This document shows positions 19,015 through 28,029 of a DNA stretch of 64,000 bases, one piece after another (position 1 is the stretch's first letter; each line of letters opens with the position of its first letter). The translations under genes and the position numbers were made by a program. Location of the stretch: positions 57,135 through 121,134 of the forward strand of contig CAZYCE010000003.1 of assembly GCA_964645605.1 (NCBI GenBank), given 5' to 3'. This DNA comes from an uncultured Gammaproteobacteria bacterium (GTDB lineage: Bacteria > Patescibacteriota > Microgenomatia > UBA8517). Below the pieces are notes generated by a model. The model saw only the letters and a list, made by a program, of their open reading frames with translations, searched no databases and was not told where the DNA came from.

Positions 19015-19528
19015 CAGGCCGATAAAAGAGGAAAGTAGAAAAGAGGCAGAGAGAAAATATGTAGAATTACTTATAAATCAGGGGGTCGATTTTGCGACAG
19101 GAGTACCCTGTGGAGTGCAGAAATATGTGATTGAATCACTTTCCTCAAGGCAAGAGGTTGCTCATATTCCGGCAACTCGAGAGTCCGAAGCTATAGGAAT
19201 AGCAGCTGGTGCATACCTTGCAGGCAAGAAACCACTTGTTTATATGCAAAATTCAGGGTTGCTTGAGTGTGTAAATGATATCTCATCATTATTATTGAGC
19301 TATAAAATTCCTGTATTATTATCTGTTTCATGGCGTGGTGCTCCGGGTGAAGATGCACCTCAACATTTTCTTAACGGTACCGCAACACCATTAATTTTGA
19401 AGGATTTGGGAATTTCCCACTTTATTATTAAGAATGATGAACAGGACTCGATTGTTAAAAAAGCCTATGAAGAAATGAAATCTACTCAAAAACCTGTGGC
19501 AATTTTGATTAGAAGGGAGGAATTCTAA
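18980..19528 (+). CDS. sulfopyruvate/phosphonopyruvate decarboxylase alpha-subunit-like protein (TPP enzyme N-terminal domain, ComD/Ppd family)
   Basis: GIAAGAYLAGKKPLVYMQNSGL is near-identical to the ComD/Ppd signature. The likely start is the ATG at 18998, which overlaps the upstream stop. Confidence 0.65.
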   Translation: MEGMAKMTSEFDRPIKEESRKEAERKYVELLINQGVDFATGVPCGVQKYVIESLSSRQEVAHIPATRESEAIGIAAGAYLAGKKPLVYMQNSGLLECVNDISSLLLSYKIPVLLSVSWRGAPGEDAPQHFLNGTATPLILKDLGISHFIIKNDEQDSIVKKAYEEMKSTQKPVAILIRREEF

Positions 19529-19529
19529 T

Positions 19530-20579
19530 ATGGACCGAAAAGAAGCAATTGATACAATTTTCCAAAATCTAGACAAAAATGACGCAGTTATTTCTTCTAC
19601 GGGACTTATAAGTCGGGAGATATTTAAAAGTTATGATAGCGAGAGAAATTTTTACATGGTCGGTTCGATGGGATTGGCTTCTTCAATAGCGCTGGGCGTC
19701 GCATTAAATAGACAAGATAGAGAGGTTTTTGTTATCGAAGGAGATGCGTCGGTATTAATGAACCTTGGTAGTTTAGCTACAATCGGGCATTTTCAGCCAA
19801 AAAATTTAGCACACATTGTTCTGGATAATAAAGCCTATGCATCCTGCAGCGAAGAGCCGTCAGTTTCAACAACGACTGATTTAAGTGAAATCGCTAAAGT
19901 TACAGGCTACAAGAGGATTGCAAGAGTAGATAACTCTACAGATTTGGTTAAAATGTTGTCTGGTGCCGATAAAAGTACTGGGCCTACATTCATATTGGTT
20001 GAGATTGAATTGGGGGGTGAAAGGAATTTACCTAGACCGATGGATTTACCAAAAAATGCAGACAATTTTCGAACATTTTTGTCACAAGTGCCGGAAAGTA
20101 ATTTTGGACACTCAAATATTGAGGTAGAGGGGACTGAACTCATTGAAAAATTTAAAAATACCTTAAAAGACATTTCGGTTTCAAATATAGAAGATTTTTC
20201 CGGTATTGGTATCATTTTATACAATTCGAACGTTCTGCTGGAAAATACTCACACAGACACTCGTTTAAGCACACCTCCACTGAACCATTTCAGGTTAGGA
20301 GAACAAGATTGCTTAAACTTTCTCGCGGATATCTCGCAGCATCGTAATCCATTTCATGACGGTTTCGTTTTCTTTAATGAAAAAGGGGTGTTAACGCATA
20401 TAGCTCAATACTTTGTCCCGTCAGTTGTTCCGGGAATTATCCCCAATGAAAGTGCGGGAATCAGGTTTCATTCGGCAAAATACGGTTCGTTTGTTAACGG
20501 AGTGATAGCAACAGGTGTCGTCAGTCGCAAACAGTCAGCCTATTTTTTCATAAAAGGTGAACAAAATCTTATTAAGTAG
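19530..20579 (+). CDS. decarboxylase beta-subunit-like (TPP-binding, ComE/Ppd family) fused to a C-terminal DAC (diadenylate cyclase)-like domain
   Basis: The N-terminal half carries ISSTGLISRE...NFYMVGSMGLASSIALGVAL...GDASVLMNLGSLATIG...LDNKAY (TPP-binding GDG-like fold). The C-terminal residues ~215-349 carry FHDGFVFF...KGVLTHIAQYFVPS...AGIRFHSAKYGSFVNGVIATGVVSRK. This parallels CdaA LHDGAMIV...RIAAAACYLPLS...LGTRHRAAVGISEVTDSLTIIVSEE. Confidence 0.6.
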   Translation: MDRKEAIDTIFQNLDKNDAVISSTGLISREIFKSYDSERNFYMVGSMGLASSIALGVALNRQDREVFVIEGDASVLMNLGSLATIGHFQPKNLAHIVLDNKAYASCSEEPSVSTTTDLSEIAKVTGYKRIARVDNSTDLVKMLSGADKSTGPTFILVEIELGGERNLPRPMDLPKNADNFRTFLSQVPESNFGHSNIEVEGTELIEKFKNTLKDISVSNIEDFSGIGIILYNSNVLLENTHTDTRLSTPPLNHFRLGEQDCLNFLADISQHRNPFHDGFVFFNEKGVLTHIAQYFVPSVVPGIIPNESAGIRFHSAKYGSFVNGVIATGVVSRKQSAYFFIKGEQNLIK

Positions 20580-20581
20580 AC

Positions 20582-21235
20582 ATGGCTAATATTGAACGGG
20601 AGATGCAAAGGGAATGGGATAATATATATACAGGGCGGGATCCCGCCGTTTATAAAAACCATAAAACATATCAAGACGGCCTGGTGGAAGTTATAAAATT
20701 GTGGAAGACTCGGGGTGTGGAAACGGTTCTGGATTTGGGTTGTGGAATCGGTAGAAATTCATTACAGATAAAGAAAAACGGCCTTAACGTTTTTGGCATT
20801 GATATTTCACTGTATGCCCTCACCTTACTTAACTCAGATCTTCACACGCAGAACTCAGTTGAAGGAAGTTTTAGCAATCTCCCATTTGCCAATGGATCTT
20901 TTGATGCAGTTTTGGCCACGAGGGTACTTCAACACGGTTCCTTAGAAAATGTTCAAACAGGCATTAAGGAAATAGCACGGGTATTAAAACCAAATGGAAC
21001 TGCTTTTGTCACCGTTTGCGGCAGATTCTCGCATGGAGAAGTGCGACCTAATTTAATTAAAACTGCTACAAAAATTAAAGACCATCTTTATGTCCCAAAT
21101 TATGGACAAGAAAAAGGTGTCACTCACTATATTTTCAATAAAAAAAATATTAAAGAAACGTTCCGTAATTTCTCAATACCAAAAATCTGGAAAGATAGTG
21201 ACGATTATTATTGTTTTTTAGCTTATAAAAAATGA
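20582..21235 (+). CDS. class I SAM-dependent methyltransferase (1 of 3 tandem)
   Basis: VLDLGCGIGRNS motif I and the acidic-loop FDAVLATRVLQH post-I motif. Confidence 0.75.
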   Translation: MANIEREMQREWDNIYTGRDPAVYKNHKTYQDGLVEVIKLWKTRGVETVLDLGCGIGRNSLQIKKNGLNVFGIDISLYALTLLNSDLHTQNSVEGSFSNLPFANGSFDAVLATRVLQHGSLENVQTGIKEIARVLKPNGTAFVTVCGRFSHGEVRPNLIKTATKIKDHLYVPNYGQEKGVTHYIFNKKNIKETFRNFSIPKIWKDSDDYYCFLAYKK

Positions 21236-21981
21236 CTATTAATATCGAAGGAGAAACAAGCGAGCGTTACACGGAAATAGCCGGTAGCTACGCTTCTGAT
21301 TCGAGGAGTGTGTTAAATCAAGATCAAAGAAAAGAGCTGGACATATTCGGATCGCTGCTTCCCCGTCATCCGTCAAAAATAATAGATATCGGTTGTGGAA
21401 CGGGTAAGGCCGGAAAGTATTTGGCTTCGCTTGGAAACGAACTTTACGGATTAGATTTGTCAAGTGGAATGCTCAACGAAGCAAAAAGTGCCTTTAATCT
21501 TGGCGGTTTGGAGTTCAAACCAATCCGAGCAAATATGAGAAGTTTACCCTTCCGGGATGATTCCTTCGACGGTATTAGTTCCGTTGCTTCTTTAATTCAT
21601 GTATCACCGGAAAATCGGGATTTTGTATTTCAGGAGTTTTCAAGAATATTAAAGCCGGAAGGTGTAATTTATTTGTCTGTTCAAAATATGCTCTCGCCCA
21701 AGCATGTTAAACGGGTAATACAATCTTCCTTTTGCAATCTCGGTTTTGATGAAAAAGGACAATATTATTTAAAGCCAAAAAAGATAGACGAGTTACTGCT
21801 CACCAATATTTTCACAAGGCTCAGGCAGGGATATGCTTATCTTGATCAAAGGCATTGGTATTATCCGACAAAAAAAGAACTTTATCAAAAACTCAAAATT
21901 AATAATCTGGCACCTGTCTGGAGTTGTGGCTCTTTATCTGATAGATTAAGTATTATTGCTATAAAAGAAAAAGATAAATAG
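21232..21981 (+). CDS. class I SAM-dependent methyltransferase (2 of 3)
   Basis: IIDIGCGTGKAGKYL motif I. Overlaps the upstream gene by 4 nt (ATGA). Confidence 0.75.
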   Translation: MTINIEGETSERYTEIAGSYASDSRSVLNQDQRKELDIFGSLLPRHPSKIIDIGCGTGKAGKYLASLGNELYGLDLSSGMLNEAKSAFNLGGLEFKPIRANMRSLPFRDDSFDGISSVASLIHVSPENRDFVFQEFSRILKPEGVIYLSVQNMLSPKHVKRVIQSSFCNLGFDEKGQYYLKPKKIDELLLTNIFTRLRQGYAYLDQRHWYYPTKKELYQKLKINNLAPVWSCGSLSDRLSIIAIKEKDK

Positions 21982-21985
21982 AGTT

Positions 21986-22648
21986 ATGGATACCCAGTGG
22001 AATAAAATCTACAAACAGAAAAAATTATCTTATGTAAGCAGCCTCTCAACATGGAGTGATATGGTATTTTTTTTACAAAAAAGATCCGCTCGTACCGTTT
22101 TAGATGTGGGTTGCGGCAGCGGCCAACATCTGCTGGATCTGGCAAAAAAAGGCTTTAATGTTTCGGGAATTGATAATTCAGGTGAAGCAATAGCTCTTGC
22201 ACAAAACCTTTTCAAAAAAAATAAACTAAAAGCAAATTTGCTGGTCGCAGACATGCACAAGAAGATTCCGTTTAAAGATAATAGTTTTGATGCGGTCTAC
22301 AGTTTACGGACACTCAACCATGGGGATAGTAAGGATATCGAAAATACTTTTTCTGAGATAAAAAGAGTTTTAAAAAAGAATGGCATATTCTTTTTTACCG
22401 TTCAGAAAATTTTAGGCTTCAGAGACAATCTTGGAAAACATAGGCTGAACAATTTAATCATCAATTTTGTAAAACCACGTACATATATCAAACTCGAAAG
22501 TGACGAAAAAGGCGTCAAACACTTTTTGTTTAATAAAAATATTTTAATAAGACTTTTAAAGGGATACAAAATATTGAAATTTTGGGTTGATTACGGAAAA
22601 CAAGATTGGGAAAAGTATTATTGCGTTCTTGCGGAAAAGATCAATTAA
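21986..22648 (+). CDS. class I SAM-dependent methyltransferase (3 of 3, paralogue of the first)
   Basis: VLDVGCGSGQHLLDL motif I. The C-terminal KGVKHFLFNKN...YYCVLAEK parallels MT1's KGVTHYIFNKK...YYCFLAYK. Confidence 0.75.
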   Translation: MDTQWNKIYKQKKLSYVSSLSTWSDMVFFLQKRSARTVLDVGCGSGQHLLDLAKKGFNVSGIDNSGEAIALAQNLFKKNKLKANLLVADMHKKIPFKDNSFDAVYSLRTLNHGDSKDIENTFSEIKRVLKKNGIFFFTVQKILGFRDNLGKHRLNNLIINFVKPRTYIKLESDEKGVKHFLFNKNILIRLLKGYKILKFWVDYGKQDWEKYYCVLAEKIN

Positions 22649-23271
22649 CTTTGCCTTATACCGTCAAGCCACAGATTAAGCTTTTTGTAAAAAACAGGTT
22701 CCATACCGGTTGAATCCATTTTGCTTTTGACGGACTCAACGAACAAAAATCTTTCAAGTCCGGAGTTGTGGACAATTTCCTTATCTATGGGTCTAACGGC
22801 CGGAATGTTTCCGTCTATACCGTTTTCAAAATGACTTATTGGGAAACTTGCTTTTTCAAGTCCCCTATCCCACGTAGCATCAATTGGAATTTCTATACCG
22901 TTTGACTCGACTTCTAAGGAAAGGTGTAATTGCACGGGCATTAAATCTGCTAATTTTTTTAGATGTATAGGATAATCAACGGCCAAATCCTGCCAGAGAA
23001 ACGGTGTAGTAACATACTTTACCTTAAATTGTTTCTTGGAAAGAACTTCTCCCAGAAAATAATGTTTTGCCGAACAGGCACCCCTTCTGCGCCTGGCAAA
23101 GTCGTCTATGAGTTCATCGTAGGAAAAATGGCGTTCATACTTAATGTGTTCAAATGGGTAGTCCCGTATAAGGACGCACAATCTTGTTAGAGATTCGTCA
23201 TTTTCACCCGTCTCTCTGGACTGCAAATGTCCGGCTGGCTCATTTTCTTTTGGCATATTCGTGAACGGCAT
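22645..23271 (-). CDS. hypothetical protein, possible Cys-His-Asp transglutaminase/NAT-fold enzyme
   Basis: RRRRGACSAKHYFLGEVL resembles the catalytic-Cys segment of arylamine N-acetyltransferase and transglutaminase-like proteins. This is a weak call. Confidence 0.25.
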   Translation of the reverse strand: MPFTNMPKENEPAGHLQSRETGENDESLTRLCVLIRDYPFEHIKYERHFSYDELIDDFARRRRGACSAKHYFLGEVLSKKQFKVKYVTTPFLWQDLAVDYPIHLKKLADLMPVQLHLSLEVESNGIEIPIDATWDRGLEKASFPISHFENGIDGNIPAVRPIDKEIVHNSGLERFLFVESVKSKMDSTGMEPVFYKKLNLWLDGIRQS

Positions 23272-23351
23272 CCAAATATATACTATAAGTCTAAAAAGGT
23301 CAACTTTTGGTTACCCTCACCGGTAAAATCTTTATATGCTAAAATCGGTCT

Positions 23352-23975
23352 ATGGTTATCTATTTCGTGCGGCATGGAGAATCGGAAGGAAATAAAAATG
23401 GTCTTCACCAAGGGCCTGATGTACCGCTTTCTCAAGAGGGGATTCGACAAGCTCAGGTTCTTGCCGAAAGGCTCACAAAACACTCGATTGACATAATCTA
23501 CGCGAGCCCAATGGTTAGGACGAAACAAACTTCTGAAATAATTTCCGATAGACTGAAGATCCCTGTTGAACTTTGGGAGAATCTTAGAGAAATAAGGAAC
23601 CCGAGTGAGATCTGGGGTAAATCTGCCGAAGATAAAAAGATTTTAGAAATCAAGGAATCAGCAAAAAAGGAATTCCTCAAGGGGAATAGCCGTTATTCTG
23701 ATGAGGAGACATTTGAAGAATTAGATAAAAGGGCTAAAGGAATTCTTGAACATTTGCTTTTACGTCATAAGGACCAAAATGTCTTGTGCGTGTCTCATGC
23801 GACTATGATAAAAATGGTTGTCCTTAAAGCTTTACTTGAAGAGGGGCTGACTCCCGAAATCTTTCTGCAATTAAGAGAACACATGTGGATCAAGAATACC
23901 GGAATTACAGTTCTGGAAAATACAGATAAGTGGGGTTGGACTCTTGTAAACTGGAATGACACAGCACACCTATAA
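23352..23975 (+). CDS. histidine phosphatase family protein (phosphoglycerate-mutase-like)
   Basis: YFVRHGESEGN RHG motif and CVSHATMIK. Confidence 0.75.
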   Translation: MVIYFVRHGESEGNKNGLHQGPDVPLSQEGIRQAQVLAERLTKHSIDIIYASPMVRTKQTSEIISDRLKIPVELWENLREIRNPSEIWGKSAEDKKILEIKESAKKEFLKGNSRYSDEETFEELDKRAKGILEHLLLRHKDQNVLCVSHATMIKMVVLKALLEEGLTPEIFLQLREHMWIKNTGITVLENTDKWGWTLVNWNDTAHL

Positions 23976-24069
23976 CCACAGAGATTTTAATGTCAAAAGC
24001 TGTTTTAGGTAAGGATGACACTACCCCTTTTGCGACAAATGCTTGAAGCTTAACTGTTTTTAACAGATG

Positions 24070-24612
24070 TCAATTACCTGGTTTTAGTACAAGGTGATGG
24101 GTTTCATATTCAAATAACACAGGGTCTTGCAGATTAAATAACTCTTTGATAATGAGTATCGCAAAATTCGCAGCTTTGGTATAATTCTCGTGGAAATTTA
24201 TACTTACATCTATTTTGCCTTTCCCAAAGTTTCTTCTTCCTATTGCCGACTCTTCAATATTTGATTTTTTTATTAATTTAGAAAGTTCCTTACTTTTTCT
24301 TTCATATTCGTTCTCCTTCCAAGCCGGAACGATAAGATAAATATCCACTCCGCTTCTCATGAACTGAACCCCAACGTTTCTGTAGTCATCAAAAATGAAA
24401 ATAACAAATGAGCGGTTTGGCAAATGTTTTAGGGCAAATTTGATAAAAGGGAAAGTCGAATCGCTTTTAAACGACATTTTATGGCTCCAGTAGTAAAAAA
24501 GTCTCCATGAATAAATCTTCTGCCAAGTTCTAAATACTGAACCCCAGAAATCAAATTCAATAACAACTTCTACTCCTAAAATTTTCTTCTTAAAAATAAA
24601 GGGTGAAAACAT
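24070..24612 (-). CDS. hypothetical protein
   Basis: ORF only. No motif was recognised. Confidence 0.3.
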   Translation of the reverse strand: MFSPFIFKKKILGVEVVIEFDFWGSVFRTWQKIYSWRLFYYWSHKMSFKSDSTFPFIKFALKHLPNRSFVIFIFDDYRNVGVQFMRSGVDIYLIVPAWKENEYERKSKELSKLIKKSNIEESAIGRRNFGKGKIDVSINFHENYTKAANFAILIIKELFNLQDPVLFEYETHHLVLKPGN

Positions 24613-24624
24613 TGAAAAATTATA

Positions 24625-25908
24625 TTATTCATAGAACCAATCCCATCCGGGGTTGTCTACTTCAACAATTTTACTTTTTAACATTTTATAAACCCCGTCT
24701 TCCAAAACAGTTTTCCATGTTCCTTCGTAATAATGATCCTCAACCTCACCGTCTACCCAGTTTTTGGTGGAGAATTTTACAAATGCGGTATCTTTTGTAT
24801 TTTCGAACCTCTCCGATTTAATAATATCGACGTCAAGAATATCGGTAAACCTGCCGGTCCACTCTTCAAAATTGGTTTTCTGTAAGTATTCCGTACTAAG
24901 AAGATTGAATCCGTCTTCCATTCTTCTTGCCTTAAGATATGTATAGAAAGCATAAACAGCATCCTCGGGGGATTTTGAAGGATCAACCTGAATTTTTGCT
25001 ATATCGTTATCGGTGAAGTTGGGAATCAAAGTTGAAATATTCTGAGCCCCTATAAATAGGGACAGACCTGCAACTCCCATTGTGTTTACCCCGACAAGGC
25101 TTCCGCATTGGTCAACAAGGGGTCCGCCGCTCATTCCGGGAACAAGACTCATATTTGTTTGGACATACCCGATCGGGTCTTTCCTGGAGGTTCTGTAATC
25201 TATGAAGTTTCCTTTAACTACGGTAGCGTTGCCTACCATATCGGTACCCAGCGCATACCCTGCAGAGATAAGCGGCTCATTGTCGTAAAATCCAAGCTCC
25301 TCGGGTAGGGAATATACGAAATCGGGATATTTGCCGTCGATAAATAGCAGTGCAAGGTCCGTATTTTTATCCCCGATAATTTTCGTAGGAGTCACAATCG
25401 TTCCTTCAGCCAAAATAATTTTTGGACTTGGTTCACCGGCAATCACATGGAAATTTGTTAATACCTGATTTTCACTTATAAAGAATCCCGACCCTTCCAT
25501 ATAACTTCCTTCAATTCTGACAACGGATTTTTTAAGTTTATCCGTTGTCGCGGGACCGCAGAAAATTTTTGCGAATGATCCGTATTGTTTTCTTAAATAA
25601 TCGGCAATTACCACTAGCGAAAAGAAGAGATAGATGATGATAACTACGTACACAATAGATTTCAAAAAGTTTTTGAGGCTTTTGAAAGGATATTTAATGC
25701 AGTCGATGATAAGCCCGATAATGGCAAGGATTAGTTTTATCAAAAACTTGATTAGGTAGTAAAGGGTATAGGTTATAAACTTGATGGGGAAGAGGTAAAT
25801 GGGAAAAAGAAGTTTTTTAAAATAAGCCTTAAGCCTTGAAGTAATATTTTTAAATTTAGACTTAATTTTCCCGGCCAGTCTTTCAAAAATGTCCATGTTA
25901 TTTTTCAA
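24625..25908 (-). CDS. membrane-anchored trypsin-like (S1) serine protease with unassigned C-terminal domain
   Basis: TM helices in the first ~100 aa. Catalytic triad context TNFHVIAG, DLALL and GMSGGPLV. Confidence 0.7.
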   Translation of the reverse strand: MKNNMDIFERLAGKIKSKFKNITSRLKAYFKKLLFPIYLFPIKFITYTLYYLIKFLIKLILAIIGLIIDCIKYPFKSLKNFLKSIVYVVIIIYLFFSLVVIADYLRKQYGSFAKIFCGPATTDKLKKSVVRIEGSYMEGSGFFISENQVLTNFHVIAGEPSPKIILAEGTIVTPTKIIGDKNTDLALLFIDGKYPDFVYSLPEELGFYDNEPLISAGYALGTDMVGNATVVKGNFIDYRTSRKDPIGYVQTNMSLVPGMSGGPLVDQCGSLVGVNTMGVAGLSLFIGAQNISTLIPNFTDNDIAKIQVDPSKSPEDAVYAFYTYLKARRMEDGFNLLSTEYLQKTNFEEWTGRFTDILDVDIIKSERFENTKDTAFVKFSTKNWVDGEVEDHYYEGTWKTVLEDGVYKMLKSKIVEVDNPGWDWFYE

Positions 25909-26653
25909 ATTTTCTTATCGCTTTTCTGTAATTGCAAAAATCGCAATCTTCCCCGGACTCCGGTAGTTTATCCGACTTAAGGCACTCAATAGCTTCTTGA
26001 ACTGTTCCATCCACCCAAGAATCATCCCCTTTATAGGGAATAATTTTAATATCAAACTCAAGTTTTCCGTCAAAAGCCTTTTTGTCTGTTTTTCCGTTGC
26101 AGTAAACAAAGTAGCCTGTTTTTGAAACATCATAACCGTTTTTTCTAAACAGCCATTGGTATATCTCCATTTGCCTTTTATATCCTTTCTGCCAATCGGC
26201 ATCCAAGTTTACTTCATCCTCTTTGGAAGTGGCTTTGTAGTCCACGATAATAAACTCACCCTTGGGATTAACCCAAACATCATCAACCCCTCCGGCTATT
26301 ACGACATTTGTTCCCGGAACATTATATGTAACCCCTCTCTTCATGGAATCCCTCCATTCGTCAATTTTTTCATGAGCGAGGGGAATTGCATCAATTCCGT
26401 ATGTTTCCATTAATGGGTGTTTTGTCCCGTTGGCTCTATGAATGTCAAATTCCTTCTTGAGAAGCTTATCTACGGCGGAGTTAAGCGAAAAAGGATATCC
26501 GGGCGGTTGGGCAACACCAAGTTTCCTATCGAGGTAAAAACAGCGGGGACATTTGATAAAATCATCAACCTTCCCTCGGCTCAATCTAAATGGTGCTTTT
26601 GAATCAGAATCATAAAGCCTCGTTAAACGGTTTGGGTTGTAATATTCACTCAT
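25898..26653 (-). CDS. Cas4-like / RecB-family PD-(D/E)XK nuclease with 4-Cys Fe-S cluster
   Basis: N-terminal CPRCFY and C-terminal CDFC cysteines. GGVDDVWV (motif II), IVDYKAT (D/ExK) and QMEIYQWL (QxxxY). No CRISPR array lies nearby. Confidence 0.6.
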   Translation of the reverse strand: MSEYYNPNRLTRLYDSDSKAPFRLSRGKVDDFIKCPRCFYLDRKLGVAQPPGYPFSLNSAVDKLLKKEFDIHRANGTKHPLMETYGIDAIPLAHEKIDEWRDSMKRGVTYNVPGTNVVIAGGVDDVWVNPKGEFIIVDYKATSKEDEVNLDADWQKGYKRQMEIYQWLFRKNGYDVSKTGYFVYCNGKTDKKAFDGKLEFDIKIIPYKGDDSWVDGTVQEAIECLKSDKLPESGEDCDFCNYRKAIRKFEK

Positions 26654-26680
26654 ATTTATCTTCGGTTACAGTAAGAAGTG

Positions 26681-26872
26681 TCATTTAATTCTTCCTGGAT
26701 CTCCTTTATTTATGTCATGAACAACCCTCTTAACGTAATCATTAATCCATACGTCAATATAGCTTATTGAACTCCCCTTTTTACTTTTGGGTTTGTTCTG
26801 AATATTCTTTATTTTATTTTCAATATTTTTCATCATATTTGTTTTTTTGTTGGGATTATAATACTGTGACAT
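26681..26872 (-). CDS. small hypothetical protein; its N-terminus (MSQYYNPNKK) parallels the downstream nuclease (MSEYYNPNRL)
   Basis: ORF plus the shared N-terminal motif. It may be a duplicated gene-start remnant. Confidence 0.25.
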   Translation of the reverse strand: MSQYYNPNKKTNMMKNIENKIKNIQNKPKSKKGSSISYIDVWINDYVKRVVHDINKGDPGRIK

Positions 26873-27624
26873 CAGGATTCGGTAAACTTGTCTATGACAA
26901 TCTCGGATAAAATATTAAAATATAATAATTCTTTCTGGGTTAATTCATCATTGTGTTGAATTTTATTTCTGTACAAGGCAAGTTCCCGAAGGTGATACTT
27001 ATATTGCAGCGCTTCATCACGGTCTATAAATAGATCGGAAAACATTTCCATGTTTTCCCTGAATATTTTGAAAAAATCCATAATTCCTGCAGCGGATAGC
27101 ACGTCGGATGGATTAGAATAATCAGGCCTCATATGAATATTTCTTTCGTAAATACCAACCAAATCCAAACGGATAGGTTCTGGTATGTGAAGTAACCAAT
27201 GTGTTGAATATCTAACCATGAAATGACTACAAAATGAATTTCTTAATACAGTTTCGAGTGTTGCAATATTCTTTCTGGCAGTTTCGAGAAGAATCAGGTC
27301 TTTTAAATTTAAATTTTTGGGTTTTGTTTTGGAGACGATTATGGCATCCTCACCAGGGTTTCTTATAGACCACCTTATTCCCCCAGACATGAGGACTCTC
27401 TTTTTAAGTAATCCCTTATTTCCCATCTGAATAATAGAGCTTTTTACCCTTCTCTTCATGTTTCCGTACGTTCTTTCTACTCCAAAAACCTTTTTCGCAA
27501 CCGCCGTCACAAGACTTGATTCGTCTCTTTCCCGACCTTCGGAAATTTCCAATAAAATTGCATCCTTAAACGACATCTTCATTCTTTTCATTCTTCTTTT
27601 CCGTGCTTTTCTTTTTTTAATCAT
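26872..27624 (-). CDS. basic N-terminal DNA-binding-like domain protein with C-terminal HEPN-type Rx4H motif
   Basis: N-terminal KRKARKRRMKRMK basic tract. C-terminal ALYRNKIQHN (R-x4-H) in a predicted helical segment. Confidence 0.35.
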   Translation of the reverse strand: MIKKRKARKRRMKRMKMSFKDAILLEISEGRERDESSLVTAVAKKVFGVERTYGNMKRRVKSSIIQMGNKGLLKKRVLMSGGIRWSIRNPGEDAIIVSKTKPKNLNLKDLILLETARKNIATLETVLRNSFCSHFMVRYSTHWLLHIPEPIRLDLVGIYERNIHMRPDYSNPSDVLSAAGIMDFFKIFRENMEMFSDLFIDRDEALQYKYHLRELALYRNKIQHNDELTQKELLYFNILSEIVIDKFTES

Positions 27625-27632
27625 CTATTATT

Positions 27633-28028
27633 TTAGCCAATTTCCTCTTTAATTTTGTTTATACAAAATTGTAAGTTGTCATATATATCGGTTTCCCAAA
27701 AACGAAAGACTTTCCACCCATCTTTTTTTAATTCGTTATTCACTTTTTTATCCCTTTCCATGTTAATTCTGATTTTTTCTTTCCAGAATTTATTGTAATT
27801 GGGTGCTTCCTTGCTATAGTTTCTTCCATGCCAAAAATCACCGTCGCAGAAAATAACAATTTTACTGTCTATTATGACCATATCCGGTTTTCCCGGAAGC
27901 GGAAAATTTTTTTCAAATCCAATTCCCGAAGTATTCAAAGCGGCACCCAGCATTAATTCAATATCCGTATCCTTATTTCTCACCTTTGCCATTAACTCCT
28001 TTCTTTTTTTAATGGAAATTCTATCCAT
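27633..28028 (-). CDS. vsr: very-short-patch repair endonuclease
   Basis: LPGKPDMVIIDSKIVIFCDGDFWHG...WKEKIRINMERD...GWKVFRFWE, the full Vsr signature. Confidence 0.85.
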   Translation of the reverse strand: MDRISIKKRKELMAKVRNKDTDIELMLGAALNTSGIGFEKNFPLPGKPDMVIIDSKIVIFCDGDFWHGRNYSKEAPNYNKFWKEKIRINMERDKKVNNELKKDGWKVFRFWETDIYDNLQFCINKIKEEIG

Positions 28029-28029
28029 A

